In this document: positions 1 through 10,038 of the stretch, piece by piece
Layout of the letters: every line of letters starts with the position of its first letter
Numbering within the stretch: position 1 is the first letter of the stretch
The notes under the pieces: generated by a model
What the model saw: the letters and a program-made list of their open reading frames with translations, nothing else
What the model was told of the DNA's origin: nothing
Databases searched by the model: none
Assembly: GCA_016839585.1 (NCBI GenBank)
Contig: JAEOTZ010000072.1
Coordinates: forward strand, 1 to 64,000
Direction: 5' to 3'
DNA length: 64,000 bases
Source: Promethearchaeota archaeon
GTDB lineage: Archaea; Asgardarchaeota; Lokiarchaeia; Sigyniarchaeales; SOKP01
Made by a program: the position numbers and the translations under genes

Positions 1-240
1 GAAAAAAAACATTATAAGCCTGGACCTTATAAAAAAATTAATCTTGACTGGGTATGGTGTAAAAATGCATCCCATAAACTATTTAGTAAGAAAAATGAGC
101 TAATAAATATAGAAAATGAGCTTATTTCAAAAGTAAATGAATTAATTACTCATGAAGGTAAAATATCCGAAGATGATTTTGATAATGAAATAGAATCAAT
201 AAATTTAGAAGCTTGGGAAAAATCTTTCGAGTTATTATAA
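1..240 (+). CDS. 3' end of an unidentified protein (partial, runs off window start)
   Basis: Frame 1 is open from base 1 to TAA at 238-240 (…LEAWEKSFELL*). Confidence 0.6.
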   Translation, partial: EKKHYKPGPYKKINLDWVWCKNASHKLFSKKNELINIENELISKVNELITHEGKISEDDFDNEIESINLEAWEKSFELL

Positions 241-363
241 TCAAAAGATTCCAGTAAGTTATTTTACTTTTCTTAAAAACTGCATTGTAATTGAAAAAAC
301 TTAATAGTTTTGGAATATTTTACAAAAAATAGATAATAAAAGCTTATCAATGGGTTTTATTAA

Positions 364-657
364 ATGGCATCAAATAAAATAGAATTATTGGGGTTGGAAG
401 GAGTTATCTCCAATTATAGGAGAGGGCGCCATACAATTCATCCTAAACACTGTATTTTAATATTTCCAAATATTGAAACTAGAAAAGAAGCGAATAAATT
501 GATAGGAAGAACAGTAATCTGGACTACCCCTACTGGTAAAGATTTAAGGGGCTTAATAACACGAGCTCATGGAAATAGTGGTGCTGTAAGAGCCCATTTT
601 AAAAAAGCAGGTGTCCCAGGACAAGCACTTGGTACTAAAGTTAGAATTATTAAATAA
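364..657 (+). CDS. rpl35ae: 50S ribosomal protein eL33 (L35Ae)
   Basis: GVISNYRRG…G.ITRAHGNSGAVRAHF…PGQALG signature. Confidence 0.95.
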   Translation: MASNKIELLGLEGVISNYRRGRHTIHPKHCILIFPNIETRKEANKLIGRTVIWTTPTGKDLRGLITRAHGNSGAVRAHFKKAGVPGQALGTKVRIIK

Positions 658-875
658 AGTTGTTAAAACACTATTTAAAATAATATGAATATCATTTAAC
701 TTGTTTTCAAAATTTATAAAATAGTCAAACTTACGTTCTTAATTAATTATTCTTGACTTTTTATAGGTATTACATCAATATTATACTTATTTTTGATGAT
801 GAGATAATACTTCTTTTTTGATTAATAGTTTATTTAAGATTTTTTCATATTATTAGGCTGGGTTTTATAATAAAA

Positions 876-2972
876 ATGTCAGAACAAATGTGCCGATTTT
901 GTCATAAATATGTTAAAATAGCTTATTATTGCCAAGAGTGTGGTACATCTTGTTGTTCTGATTGCTTAAATGAGAATAAATTCGAGTTTTTTATCTGTCA
1001 AGATTGTAAGTCTAGAAATATTGAAACTTTAGATTCTGAAAAAAAGAAAGTATGCAGAGATTGTGGTAAAGAAAATGTTGTCAAAGTAAATCAAGTTTTA
1101 AAATCGTGCCCAAAATGTAATTCACATCAAATAATAAATATTTATGAAAAAAAAGAAGAATTAGAGAAGAAATATTTAGAAACAATTAAAGATATACGTT
1201 TATTCATTAACCCTATTAATGAAATATTGAAAAAATTATATAAACTTCGCCAAGATATTTATAGAGCCAGAGATCCCCCCATTAAATGCTATCATTTCCC
1301 TAAAATGGAATCAGATTTATTAGCTCTTTTTAAATTATTTATCTATATAAAAAATACTTTATATGAAAAAACAAATCACCATTTCCACCAATTAGATCAG
1401 AATAAAGAGTATTTTTTTGATATCTTTTCTCAACCTAATTCTAATTTGACTATAATTGAAGGGATTTTGGAAAATCTATTGAGAAATTATAATTCAATCA
1501 ATGAGTTCATTAATACTAATGTTAAAACTTTCAATGAAAGCATGGTTCCTTTTGAAAAGAATCTGAACTTCATTGACAGAATCAGCTTTTATTTTTCAAC
1601 TTATAAAAAATATCTAAGTTTAGCAGAAAATGAGAAACCAGTCTATGCTATTTATGCAAAATTGATTAATGGATTAAATACTCAAGATAAATTCAAGAAA
1701 AATAAGGGCATTTTATTTATATCCAATTTAGATCTCTCATTTCTTCATAAGTATGGAGTAGGAAAAAAAAAGCAAGAGTTAACTTTTAAAGCGCCAGTTC
1801 GTGATTTAACTCGGATTAGAGAAAAAGGTAAATTATTCAAAAAATTATATTTAGAATTTGAATATGGAAAATACGAATTTACTCTTCCTCCTAATGCTAT
1901 TTCAAGAGTAATTGAATACATACTTTTAGCAAGAACCTTTGATGAATCTACTATTATAGATAACAAATCAACTAAACAACTTCAAAACATTGATATTGAG
2001 TTAAATGATTTGATAAATTTTATTGAAGAAAGTATCAACTCCTTCTTTAGCTTAAAATGTCAATACAATAAAGGATTTGAAAATATAAGTAATTATAATA
2101 AAGGATTAGCTCAACGCATTAACTACCAAGACAGTCTAATACATTATCATCCTAATCAAAATCATCATCAATATCCATATCATCAAAACCAAAATTTACA
2201 GCAATTGTGGCCTAAAAAACAATTTTTAACTAATCTAAAGAGCAACTTTTTTCCAGAAAATTTAAAAATTTATCCAGGTTTTACTTATCCGTCTTATGTG
2301 AGAAGTCCAGATACTCAATTACCCGAAGATCTGAGTTATTATTCAAACCCTTTACATCAGTATTTAGCATCTAACCAAGATGTAAACGAATATTTTATTC
2401 AGGATCTTCATAATCCTAATAGATTTCAAAACTATCGCCCTCAAAATGTAAACTTATATAATGATGAGTTTTCTGATTTCGGACATAAAAATCTTTTGAT
2501 GAGGAAATTAGGGCAGGCACAAAAATTTAATCTCCCAACTCCAGACCACCCGAATTTCATGAATCCTGAATTCTATAACACAGCATCTACAAATCGTTAT
2601 TCCAATCCGATATTTGATTATACAGATTATAATAGAAATCATTTATCTGATTTATTTGATCCAGAGAATCTTCCAACAGAAAATACTTATAAAAGTAATA
2701 GGAAAATATTTAAACTCGATAAAGAAAAACGTGAAAATTTATTTGAATTAAATAAAGATAAATATAGTCTAAAAGAAACATTAAAAACACTTGATGCAAA
2801 ATTTGATCAAGGAATTATTTCAGAGATTGATTATTTTAGAACTTTTAAGAATCTACAAAAAGAAATATATTTAATTGAAAAGAAAAGTGAATCTTTAAAA
2901 GAAGAATTAGAAGAAATCGAGGCGATAAAGAAAAATAATAGAAATTTTGATAAAAAAAGATACTTCACTTGA
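876..2972 (+). CDS. Multidomain protein: Cys-rich Zn fingers, coiled coil, PH/GRAM-like domain, Q/N/P/Y low-complexity region, C-terminal Vps23-core/SHOCT-like helical hairpin
   Basis: Multiple CxxC pairs at N-terminus; KGILFISNLDLSF…LYLEFEYGKYEF beta-rich segment; LDAKFDQGIISEIDYFRTFKNL near C-terminus. Domain names are inferred. Confidence 0.55.
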   Translation: MSEQMCRFCHKYVKIAYYCQECGTSCCSDCLNENKFEFFICQDCKSRNIETLDSEKKKVCRDCGKENVVKVNQVLKSCPKCNSHQIINIYEKKEELEKKYLETIKDIRLFINPINEILKKLYKLRQDIYRARDPPIKCYHFPKMESDLLALFKLFIYIKNTLYEKTNHHFHQLDQNKEYFFDIFSQPNSNLTIIEGILENLLRNYNSINEFINTNVKTFNESMVPFEKNLNFIDRISFYFSTYKKYLSLAENEKPVYAIYAKLINGLNTQDKFKKNKGILFISNLDLSFLHKYGVGKKKQELTFKAPVRDLTRIREKGKLFKKLYLEFEYGKYEFTLPPNAISRVIEYILLARTFDESTIIDNKSTKQLQNIDIELNDLINFIEESINSFFSLKCQYNKGFENISNYNKGLAQRINYQDSLIHYHPNQNHHQYPYHQNQNLQQLWPKKQFLTNLKSNFFPENLKIYPGFTYPSYVRSPDTQLPEDLSYYSNPLHQYLASNQDVNEYFIQDLHNPNRFQNYRPQNVNLYNDEFSDFGHKNLLMRKLGQAQKFNLPTPDHPNFMNPEFYNTASTNRYSNPIFDYTDYNRNHLSDLFDPENLPTENTYKSNRKIFKLDKEKRENLFELNKDKYSLKETLKTLDAKFDQGIISEIDYFRTFKNLQKEIYLIEKKSESLKEELEEIEAIKKNNRNFDKKRYFT

Positions 2973-3101
2973 ATTTTATTATAACCCAGCTAAATGATAA
3001 TATAATAAGCTTCAAATCGATTATTGTACCAAAAGAATTTCGAATAAAATTATTTTAGATTTAATTAATTTCATAATAAAGTTTTGTTTAAAATCACTGA
3101 C

Positions 3102-3755
3102 TTAGCCTTGTAATTCTTTGCGTAGTTTATCGATCTCATCCTTAAGTTTTTCTTTTGATTTCATCTCTTCTTCTTCAAGTTCTTCGTATTCAGGAATGTA
3201 TTGTAAATCATCTGCGGGAACTTTGGGCATTGTACCTCCTTGATCAAGGAGTATTTCCGTTTCCAATTGATTTAATTCTTCTGTAACATCAATTGCAAGA
3301 TCTATCTCAGGATCTCCCGCTAAAATATCTGCTGCTTCTTCAATTTCTGCTACATATGCTTCAGAATCTTCTGCGATTTCAGCAACTTTAGCAGGGGAAG
3401 CTTTAGTGGCAATATATTCCAATTCATCTCTTATCCCTCCAAATATATCACCAGTTTTCGATATTAAAACACCCTCTTCTATTGCTTGAATTTGTCTTTC
3501 GATTTTTGCTCTAATATTATTGGATCTATCAACCTTGGCTTGATAAGCCTTGTATTGAATAAGATAATTCTTCGCACGATCTTTTTCTCCACGTTTCAAT
3601 GCAATTTTGGCATTTTTACGATTAATCTCAGCACGTCGGCTATAATTTTTATTCATTACATTCAATCTATGAATATGACCTTTTGCTTTAGAGACTAAAT
3701 CATCTTTTTCTTTACTTTTCCGGGGGAATAATTTTTTCTTGAGTCCTATAAGCAT
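3102..3755 (-). CDS. ESCRT-III protein, Snf7/Vps20/Vps32/Vps60-like
   Basis: Basic N-terminal helical hairpin (AKIALKRGEKDRAKNYL), acidic C-half (DVTEELNQLE), MIM2-like MPKVP, terminal MIM1-like DEIDKLRKEL. Confidence 0.85.
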   Translation of the reverse strand: MLIGLKKKLFPRKSKEKDDLVSKAKGHIHRLNVMNKNYSRRAEINRKNAKIALKRGEKDRAKNYLIQYKAYQAKVDRSNNIRAKIERQIQAIEEGVLISKTGDIFGGIRDELEYIATKASPAKVAEIAEDSEAYVAEIEEAADILAGDPEIDLAIDVTEELNQLETEILLDQGGTMPKVPADDLQYIPEYEELEEEEMKSKEKLKDEIDKLRKELQG

Positions 3756-3770
3756 CTCAACTCCAGAGTT

Positions 3771-3800
3771 TCATAATTAATTCATAATTAAATCATAATA
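3771..3800. repeat. Three TCATAAT direct repeats at 11-bp spacing upstream of snf7
   Basis: TCATAAT at 3771, 3782 and 3793. Confidence 0.5.
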
Positions 3801-3916
3801 TTATCTATTTTATGAAATATATGATTTTTCTAGCTTAAAAATTTAATATTATTTAATATAATATAATAAAAGAATTCTCATCAAAAAAGTTTTCATAGAC
3901 CGAATTTTGAAAAATA

Positions 3917-5032
3917 ATGAAAAAAATTATAATAAACTTTGAAACTAGAAGTAGCAGTTTCAAGGAATTAGTTCAAGAGGCATTTAATAAAAATTTTCTA
4001 AATTTTCTGGTTACTCAGTCTACTTTTTCTGAGTTCAAGGGAATTGAGCGTATTACTATTTTCACAAAAGATCTTGAAGTACCTGCTAAATATACGATCT
4101 ATGAAAATAAAGAAGAATTACAAAAGAAATTAGCAGAAAGAAAAATTTCTGGAGAAAATATAGGTTTTTATAAAAAATTAAAATCAAAGGAAGATGAGAG
4201 AGAAGTAGTAGAACTCTCGAAAACAGGGAAAATAGATCTGATTATTATTTCTACAAGAAATTGGAAAATTATTCCATTTGAAAATCTTATAGCAGAAATG
4301 CATTCCCATGAAACAGAATTGATTGCTGAAGTGGAGAATGTTAAAGAAGCTGAATTAATGTTAAAGACACTTGAAATTGGTGTTGATGGAATTTTAATTA
4401 AGCCTAATAATGTAAATGAGTTGGTTGAATTAAAAAAGTTATTATTTACCTCATTCAAAATCGATTTAACAGCAGCAAGAGTCATTAATATCAATAATAT
4501 ACCAGAAAGCGATCGAGTGTGTGTTGATACAACGTCTCTCCTTCATCCCGGGGAGGGACTTCTCGTTGGAAGTACAGCTAAAGGTTTTTGCTTAATTCAT
4601 GCTGAGGTTTTTGAAACACAATTCGTAGCTTCCAGACCGTTTAGAGTTAATGCTGGAGATGTATCCGCCTATATTTTAGTACCTAATACTGATCCCGAGA
4701 AGATATATCATACTAAATATTTAAGCGAATTACAAGGCGGTGATAAAATTTTAATTGTCAATTCAAAGGGTTTCACGAGAATTGTTTCAGTCGGAAGAGT
4801 TAAAATCGAAACTCGTCCAATGCTCAGATTTGAATTAGAAGTATCAAAAGGAGCTGTAACAATTCCAATTTATTGTATATGTCAAAATGCAGAAACTATA
4901 CGTTTAATCGATATTAACGGTAATGCTAAATCCGTTGTAGATATTAAGGTTGGAGATGAAGTATTAGTCCATATCGGACCTGGCGCCACTCATTTTGGCA
5001 CAGCAATAAAAGAAACAATTCTTGAAAAATAA
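3917..5032 (+). CDS. aroB': 3-dehydroquinate synthase II
   Basis: WKIIPFENLIA, DRVCVDT, RPFRVNAG, GRVKIE.RP, QNAETIRL motifs. Confidence 0.93.
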   Translation: MKKIIINFETRSSSFKELVQEAFNKNFLNFLVTQSTFSEFKGIERITIFTKDLEVPAKYTIYENKEELQKKLAERKISGENIGFYKKLKSKEDEREVVELSKTGKIDLIIISTRNWKIIPFENLIAEMHSHETELIAEVENVKEAELMLKTLEIGVDGILIKPNNVNELVELKKLLFTSFKIDLTAARVININNIPESDRVCVDTTSLLHPGEGLLVGSTAKGFCLIHAEVFETQFVASRPFRVNAGDVSAYILVPNTDPEKIYHTKYLSELQGGDKILIVNSKGFTRIVSVGRVKIETRPMLRFELEVSKGAVTIPIYCICQNAETIRLIDINGNAKSVVDIKVGDEVLVHIGPGATHFGTAIKETILEK

Positions 5033-5087
5033 ATATTTACTTATATAGAAAATTAAATTACAATTATTTAAAAAAAGGTGTAATTAA

Positions 5088-6347
5088 TTGGTCACTTATT
5101 GGGCACCTCTTATTCATGTTTATCAACCACCAAACCAAGAGATCGAAATTTTAAAAACAATTGATAAAGAATGTTACAAACCTTTATTTTCCATTATTGA
5201 AGAACATGAAAATGCCAAATTTTGCTTAAATATTAATGGTGTTCTTATTGAATTGCTTTATGAATATGAATTAGGTGATACTATGGATTTAATAAAGAAT
5301 TTAGTTTCAGAAAATAAAATAGAAATTCTTGGAACCGCAAAATTTCACCCGATACTTCCTTTAATACCTAGAAAGGAAGCTCAACATCAGATACAAATGA
5401 ATGAAGAAATTAATAGAAAAGAGTTTGGAAGATGGGAGAGAAAAGGATTTTTTCCTCCTGAAATGTCAATTAATTCGAAAGTTGCTAAATTCATACGAGA
5501 TTTAGGTTATAAATGGGTAATAGTAAGTGGAATTGCTTGTCCTATTGAGTGGCCATATGATAGGATATATAAATCTCCAAATGGGTTACAGCTTTTTTTT
5601 AGAGATGAAATCTTGAGTAACAAAATTGCTTTTAAATCAATTAGTACTAAGGAATTCGTTAAGGAATTAAATATTATGTATAAAGACAAAAAACAGGATT
5701 ATAAAAATAATACTTATATAATTACGGCTATGGATGGTGAAACATTCGGACATCACATAAAAAATTACGAGAAGACATTTTTAGGTAAAACTTTGGAAAT
5801 TATTAATGAGAATAATGATATTGAAATAGTATTTATTTCAGATTTGGATAAATATTTTCCGATCGCAGAGGAGAGAATCGTCCCAAATGAATCGAGTTGG
5901 AGTACAACTATTGAGGATATAAAATTGGGTATTCCTTATCCTTTATGGAATCATCCTGAGAATAACATTCATAAATATTATTGGAAAATCATGTTAAGTA
6001 TGAATAATCTTATTAATTTAGTAGATGATCTCGATGTAACACAAAATTGGGAAATTGAACATTATTATACAACAGCACGGTGGTTCTATGATAAATGTCT
6101 TCATTCTTGTCCTACTTGGTGGGCAAATCCAGAAAAAGGGATGTGGAGTCCTAATTTAATATATAAAGGCGTAGAACTTATAATGAAAGCGGCGCTTAAT
6201 GCTCAAATTGCTTTAGTTTACGCAGGCAAGTCTGATTTAGGAGAGGGTTATTTTGACTCAATCACATATTATCAAGGATTATTGTTAATGGAATTATATA
6301 ATATAACTAAAAAGAAAATACATACTAAGAAAAAGAATAACGAATAA
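5088..6347 (+). CDS. Glycoside hydrolase family 57 protein
   Basis: HVYQP, HPILPL, GFFPPEM, DGETFGHH, SSW motifs. Confidence 0.88.
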   Translation: MVTYWAPLIHVYQPPNQEIEILKTIDKECYKPLFSIIEEHENAKFCLNINGVLIELLYEYELGDTMDLIKNLVSENKIEILGTAKFHPILPLIPRKEAQHQIQMNEEINRKEFGRWERKGFFPPEMSINSKVAKFIRDLGYKWVIVSGIACPIEWPYDRIYKSPNGLQLFFRDEILSNKIAFKSISTKEFVKELNIMYKDKKQDYKNNTYIITAMDGETFGHHIKNYEKTFLGKTLEIINENNDIEIVFISDLDKYFPIAEERIVPNESSWSTTIEDIKLGIPYPLWNHPENNIHKYYWKIMLSMNNLINLVDDLDVTQNWEIEHYYTTARWFYDKCLHSCPTWWANPEKGMWSPNLIYKGVELIMKAALNAQIALVYAGKSDLGEGYFDSITYYQGLLLMELYNITKKKIHTKKKNNE

Positions 6348-6355
6348 TTGGAAGC

Positions 6356-6655
6356 TTATTTATTGATTAATTTATTTAATATTTCATTCCAATGATCTAA
6401 ATTGCATACATACCAAGCAGCTGAATCAACTTCATTATTCTCATTCTTAAATATTACTTTTAAAAGTGGTCTAAACACAGATCTATGCATATGTGATTTT
6501 GAATTTGTAATTTCAATGATAGAAACAATAGGAATTAATAATTCCTTCCTAGGTTTCCACATCTCAAAGAATAATTCTTCTTCTGTGAGAACTAAAACCC
6601 CATTTCCACGTACTTTTAGTACTCCTAAGGATTCTTGTCCAAAAAAGTTAGACAT
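6356..6655 (-). CDS. Small PH/GRAM-like hypothetical protein; frame is open upstream to about 6730
   Basis: VRGNGVLVLTEEELFF…LLKVIF…AAWYV pattern; in-frame upstream KKIFKKRIHEILEKYNDKSVLIIDE lacks a canonical start. Confidence 0.55.
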   Translation of the reverse strand: MSNFFGQESLGVLKVRGNGVLVLTEEELFFEMWKPRKELLIPIVSIIEITNSKSHMHRSVFRPLLKVIFKNENNEVDSAAWYVCNLDHWNEILNKLINK

Positions 6656-6894
6656 TTCATCAATGATTAGAACACTTTTATCATTATATTTCTCTAATAT
6701 TTCATGAATTCGTTTTTTAAAAATTTTTTTTTACAATTTTGGTTACTTCTCTCCTTCCTTTACTCCTTTTAGTTATTTAATATATAAACATAAATTATAT
6801 AATTCTTAGTTAATATATTTTACAAAATAAAATCAAGTAAAAATATTGTTATTAGATTTTATTGTTGATTTAATCTTTCTGATTACAGTGAATA

Positions 6895-7977
6895 ATGCCT
6901 GAAGATAACGAGAAGAGAGTCCAGTATTGCGTCTTTTGTGGAAAATATATAGAAAAGGGAAGAACTTATTGCCCTAATTGTGGGAAGTTAGTTTTGAAAA
7001 TAAAACCTGAAAAAAAACAAGATAAACAGCAAATTTTAGGACGTCCGATTGGTGGTGAAAAAATACAGATTACCCGAAAATGTTCTGGTTGTGGTTCAAT
7101 AATTACTTCTAGTGTTTTAGATCAATGTCCAATATGTAATAGTGTATTAGAGAAAATTTCGGAACAAAAAAAAGCAGCAATTCAAAAGAAGCCAAGTTTA
7201 ATTTTTACTAATAAAAAATTAGAACTTGAACAAAAATTTATATTAAAAAAAGATACTTGGAATTTGAAGGAAGGTATTAATGTCTTTGGAACTTGTGTCT
7301 ATATCTTAGTTATCGTTTATTTTCTATTGGTCATGGCAATAGCTTTTCAAACAGAATCCGATACACCTGAAATTAATATTTACCTTATTCTTTTAAACCA
7401 AATTCCAGAGTTATTATTTGGTATATATCCTTTATGGTATATCTATTCTAAAAAACATAGTTATAAGAAATTAGGATTTTTTTCAGAATCTAACAAGCAG
7501 GTTATAATAGCGATAATTGTGGGGATTTTAGGGGGAGGTTGTTTATTAATTATCAATTTTTTAACCGGTTATTACATTGAGTTTTTATCTAAGGCTGGTT
7601 TAGACTTTTTTGAGTTAAAGGAGAGTATCAGCACGCAAAATGATGTTATTCAAAATACAGATATTTTAATGATTATAATACTTATGATCCTTTTAAGTAT
7701 AGGAAGTTTTTCAGTAGAAGTTGTATTTAGAGGTGTTCTACATAATGCCTTAAAAGAAAGATTTAAAAATGATTTAGTAGTAGTTTTGATAATTGCTTTA
7801 ATTTATTCAGCTGTATGGTCATTATATACTTACCCTACTGGTTTGGTCTTTTTTTTTGTAAATTTCATAATATTCATAGTCCTAGGTATATTATATGAGA
7901 TAAATGGAAATTTGTATAATACAATCATAGCGAGTATTTTTTTCAATTTTCTGTTTATTATTTTTCTGTTTATTTAA
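6895..7977 (+). CDS. Double Zn-ribbon plus CPBP (CAAX protease/Abi) family intramembrane protease-like protein
   Basis: Four CxxC pairs, multiple TM helices, VEVVFRG (degenerate EExxFRG). Confidence 0.75.
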   Translation: MPEDNEKRVQYCVFCGKYIEKGRTYCPNCGKLVLKIKPEKKQDKQQILGRPIGGEKIQITRKCSGCGSIITSSVLDQCPICNSVLEKISEQKKAAIQKKPSLIFTNKKLELEQKFILKKDTWNLKEGINVFGTCVYILVIVYFLLVMAIAFQTESDTPEINIYLILLNQIPELLFGIYPLWYIYSKKHSYKKLGFFSESNKQVIIAIIVGILGGGCLLIINFLTGYYIEFLSKAGLDFFELKESISTQNDVIQNTDILMIIILMILLSIGSFSVEVVFRGVLHNALKERFKNDLVVVLIIALIYSAVWSLYTYPTGLVFFFVNFIIFIVLGILYEINGNLYNTIIASIFFNFLFIIFLFI

Positions 7978-8105
7978 ATATATCTTTCATTATCCCTTAA
8001 ATATAAAATTTTAATAATAAAAAAATTAATAATCTCTAGTGTTATTATTTAAAACCATAACTATACCTATTAGGATATAATCTTCGCAATTTGGAGTAAA
8101 AAAGA

Positions 8106-8816
8106 TTGAACAAAAGAATTTATAGAAATAGAACCAGTAAAGATAATATTATAATCTCTATTGCAGGAGCACATGGAGTTGGTAAAACCTCTGTATTTAA
8201 TCTTCTTAAAAAAATGGTTATAGATAATAATAAATTTAAATTTTTCCCCGAAAGATATATAAAAAATCCACCTTTTCCCTTTGGTTCTTCAAACAAACAA
8301 ATTGGATTTAGAAGTGAACTTCATTTTCTTCAACAAATCATTAAAAGAAATCAAAGTATCGTGAATTACGATAATAGATATAATGGTAGAGTAATGATTT
8401 TAGACAGAACACCTCTATGCGTATTAATATACTCCAAAAGTTTAAATTTAAAAGAAAAAGACTATAAGCTTATTTTAGACACATATAATTCTATCAAATG
8501 GAAAGAGGATTATATAATTTATTTATATGCCAACCCAAATACAATTTTACGACGTATAATTCAAAGAGGATCAATTGAAGCAATTAGATTAGAATGGAAT
8601 GAAGCTGATAAAGAATACCTTATCAAAATTCTTTCTTATTATAATCAATTTTTATTAAAAAAACAAAATGTTTTCAAAATAGAAACAGAAAACTTAACTG
8701 TTGAGGATGTAGTCGATAAAATAAAAATAATTATAACAGATTTATCGGGGTATTCTTTTAAAAAGCTAGAAAAATCTCAAACAACTCAAATGAATTTAAA
8801 TGAGTTTTTAAAATGA
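8106..8816 (+). CDS. Deoxynucleoside/thymidylate kinase-family P-loop kinase with C-terminal PIP-box-like motif
   Basis: GAHGVGKT, LDRT, RRIIQRG; ends QMNLNEFLK. Confidence 0.8.
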   Translation: MNKRIYRNRTSKDNIIISIAGAHGVGKTSVFNLLKKMVIDNNKFKFFPERYIKNPPFPFGSSNKQIGFRSELHFLQQIIKRNQSIVNYDNRYNGRVMILDRTPLCVLIYSKSLNLKEKDYKLILDTYNSIKWKEDYIIYLYANPNTILRRIIQRGSIEAIRLEWNEADKEYLIKILSYYNQFLLKKQNVFKIETENLTVEDVVDKIKIIITDLSGYSFKKLEKSQTTQMNLNEFLK

Positions 8817-8901
8817 AATAGTGATAAAATATATTAAAATAAACTTGCTATTAATACATAAAATCATAAAAAATAATACTTTTCAATAGGATATTAATTT
8901 A

Positions 8902-9885
8902 GTGAAGGTAAAAATGTCATCAATCGCAGAAGATCTCAGAAAAAAAATGATGTTTGTTTTAAAAGAAGAAGAAGAGAAAACAGATTTAGAAAATCTTGCC
9001 GTTTTATCTAGAGTAGGAATGAAGGTTGCTAGTGCTGTTTCATCAGAATTAGATGCTGATGCAACTTCTGCCTCTAGTACTGCACTTATTGATTTAGGAT
9101 TACGATTAAACCAAGCGACAATTCATGGTGCATTAACAGAAATTATACTACATAATAAATCAGGATATAGTATATTGATGGCAATTAATGATGAATATAT
9201 TGTATTTGGGGGATTAAGAAAAAGTTATAGAATTGGATTTTATCTAGGATATTTACGCGAATTAGCTAGGAAATTAAATAGATTACTATCTGGAGATAAA
9301 GAAACTGAAATGACACTTTCCTTAGAAGAACCGGAAGTTGAGAAAATAAAACCTGAACAAGTGGAAGAAGAACCAAAATTTCTAAAAATTCCTTCAGTTG
9401 AACAGGATAAGGAAGCATTAAACGGTTTATTAGGGTTCTTGGATGATTGGGAAAAAGAAGGGGCTGAATTCGAGGAATTAGAAGCAGAAAGCATAGATCA
9501 TATAGTAACAATTCCAAAATCGGTTGGGTTAGATTTTGATAAAGAAGTTAAGCATATAACCGAAGAAATGCCCACTGATGTACCTGAAACTTTAATATCA
9601 GAAGATCAAACTCAATTTAAAGTGTATAATGATGAAGTACCTCCAGTTCCACTTGAAGATTATACTCCAATGGAAATTGAAGAAGAACCGGTATCCCAAG
9701 AAAGAGCAATTAGAGAAAAAATGCCTCCTCTCGATAAATTACCTTCATTTGAAGAATTGGCCCCTCCTGATTTTGACTCGGCGTATGAAGCCACTGAATA
9801 TGACACGGAATTTATTTTAGAAGAAGAATCTGGAGCGATAGATTCTATATTAAAAGATCTCGGTTGGGATGAAGAAGAGGACTAA
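8902..9885 (+). CDS. Roadblock/LC7 domain protein with long acidic C-terminal tail
   Basis: AVLSRVGMKVAS…GALTEIILH…ILMAI roadblock pattern; E/D/P-rich tail. Confidence 0.75.
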   Translation: MKVKMSSIAEDLRKKMMFVLKEEEEKTDLENLAVLSRVGMKVASAVSSELDADATSASSTALIDLGLRLNQATIHGALTEIILHNKSGYSILMAINDEYIVFGGLRKSYRIGFYLGYLRELARKLNRLLSGDKETEMTLSLEEPEVEKIKPEQVEEEPKFLKIPSVEQDKEALNGLLGFLDDWEKEGAEFEELEAESIDHIVTIPKSVGLDFDKEVKHITEEMPTDVPETLISEDQTQFKVYNDEVPPVPLEDYTPMEIEEEPVSQERAIREKMPPLDKLPSFEELAPPDFDSAYEATEYDTEFILEEESGAIDSILKDLGWDEEED

Positions 9886-10038
9886 AAGAGTTTTTTAAAA
9901 GTTTAATTACTATTTCTTTTTTTGTTAAGTTCTTGCTTAAATACTTAAATTTGATAAACTTTTATATAAGTTCATTGTTAATCTATATTTAAACAAAATT
10001 TATCAAAAATGTATTAAATACTTAAATTGTGAATTAGA

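Noticed and set aside
6656-6760. Possible second intron or frameshift at the 5' end of the 6356..6655 gene
   Set aside because: The frame breaks at a long T/A homopolymer with no BHB-like pairing. A homopolymer error or an ATT start cannot be distinguished by eye.
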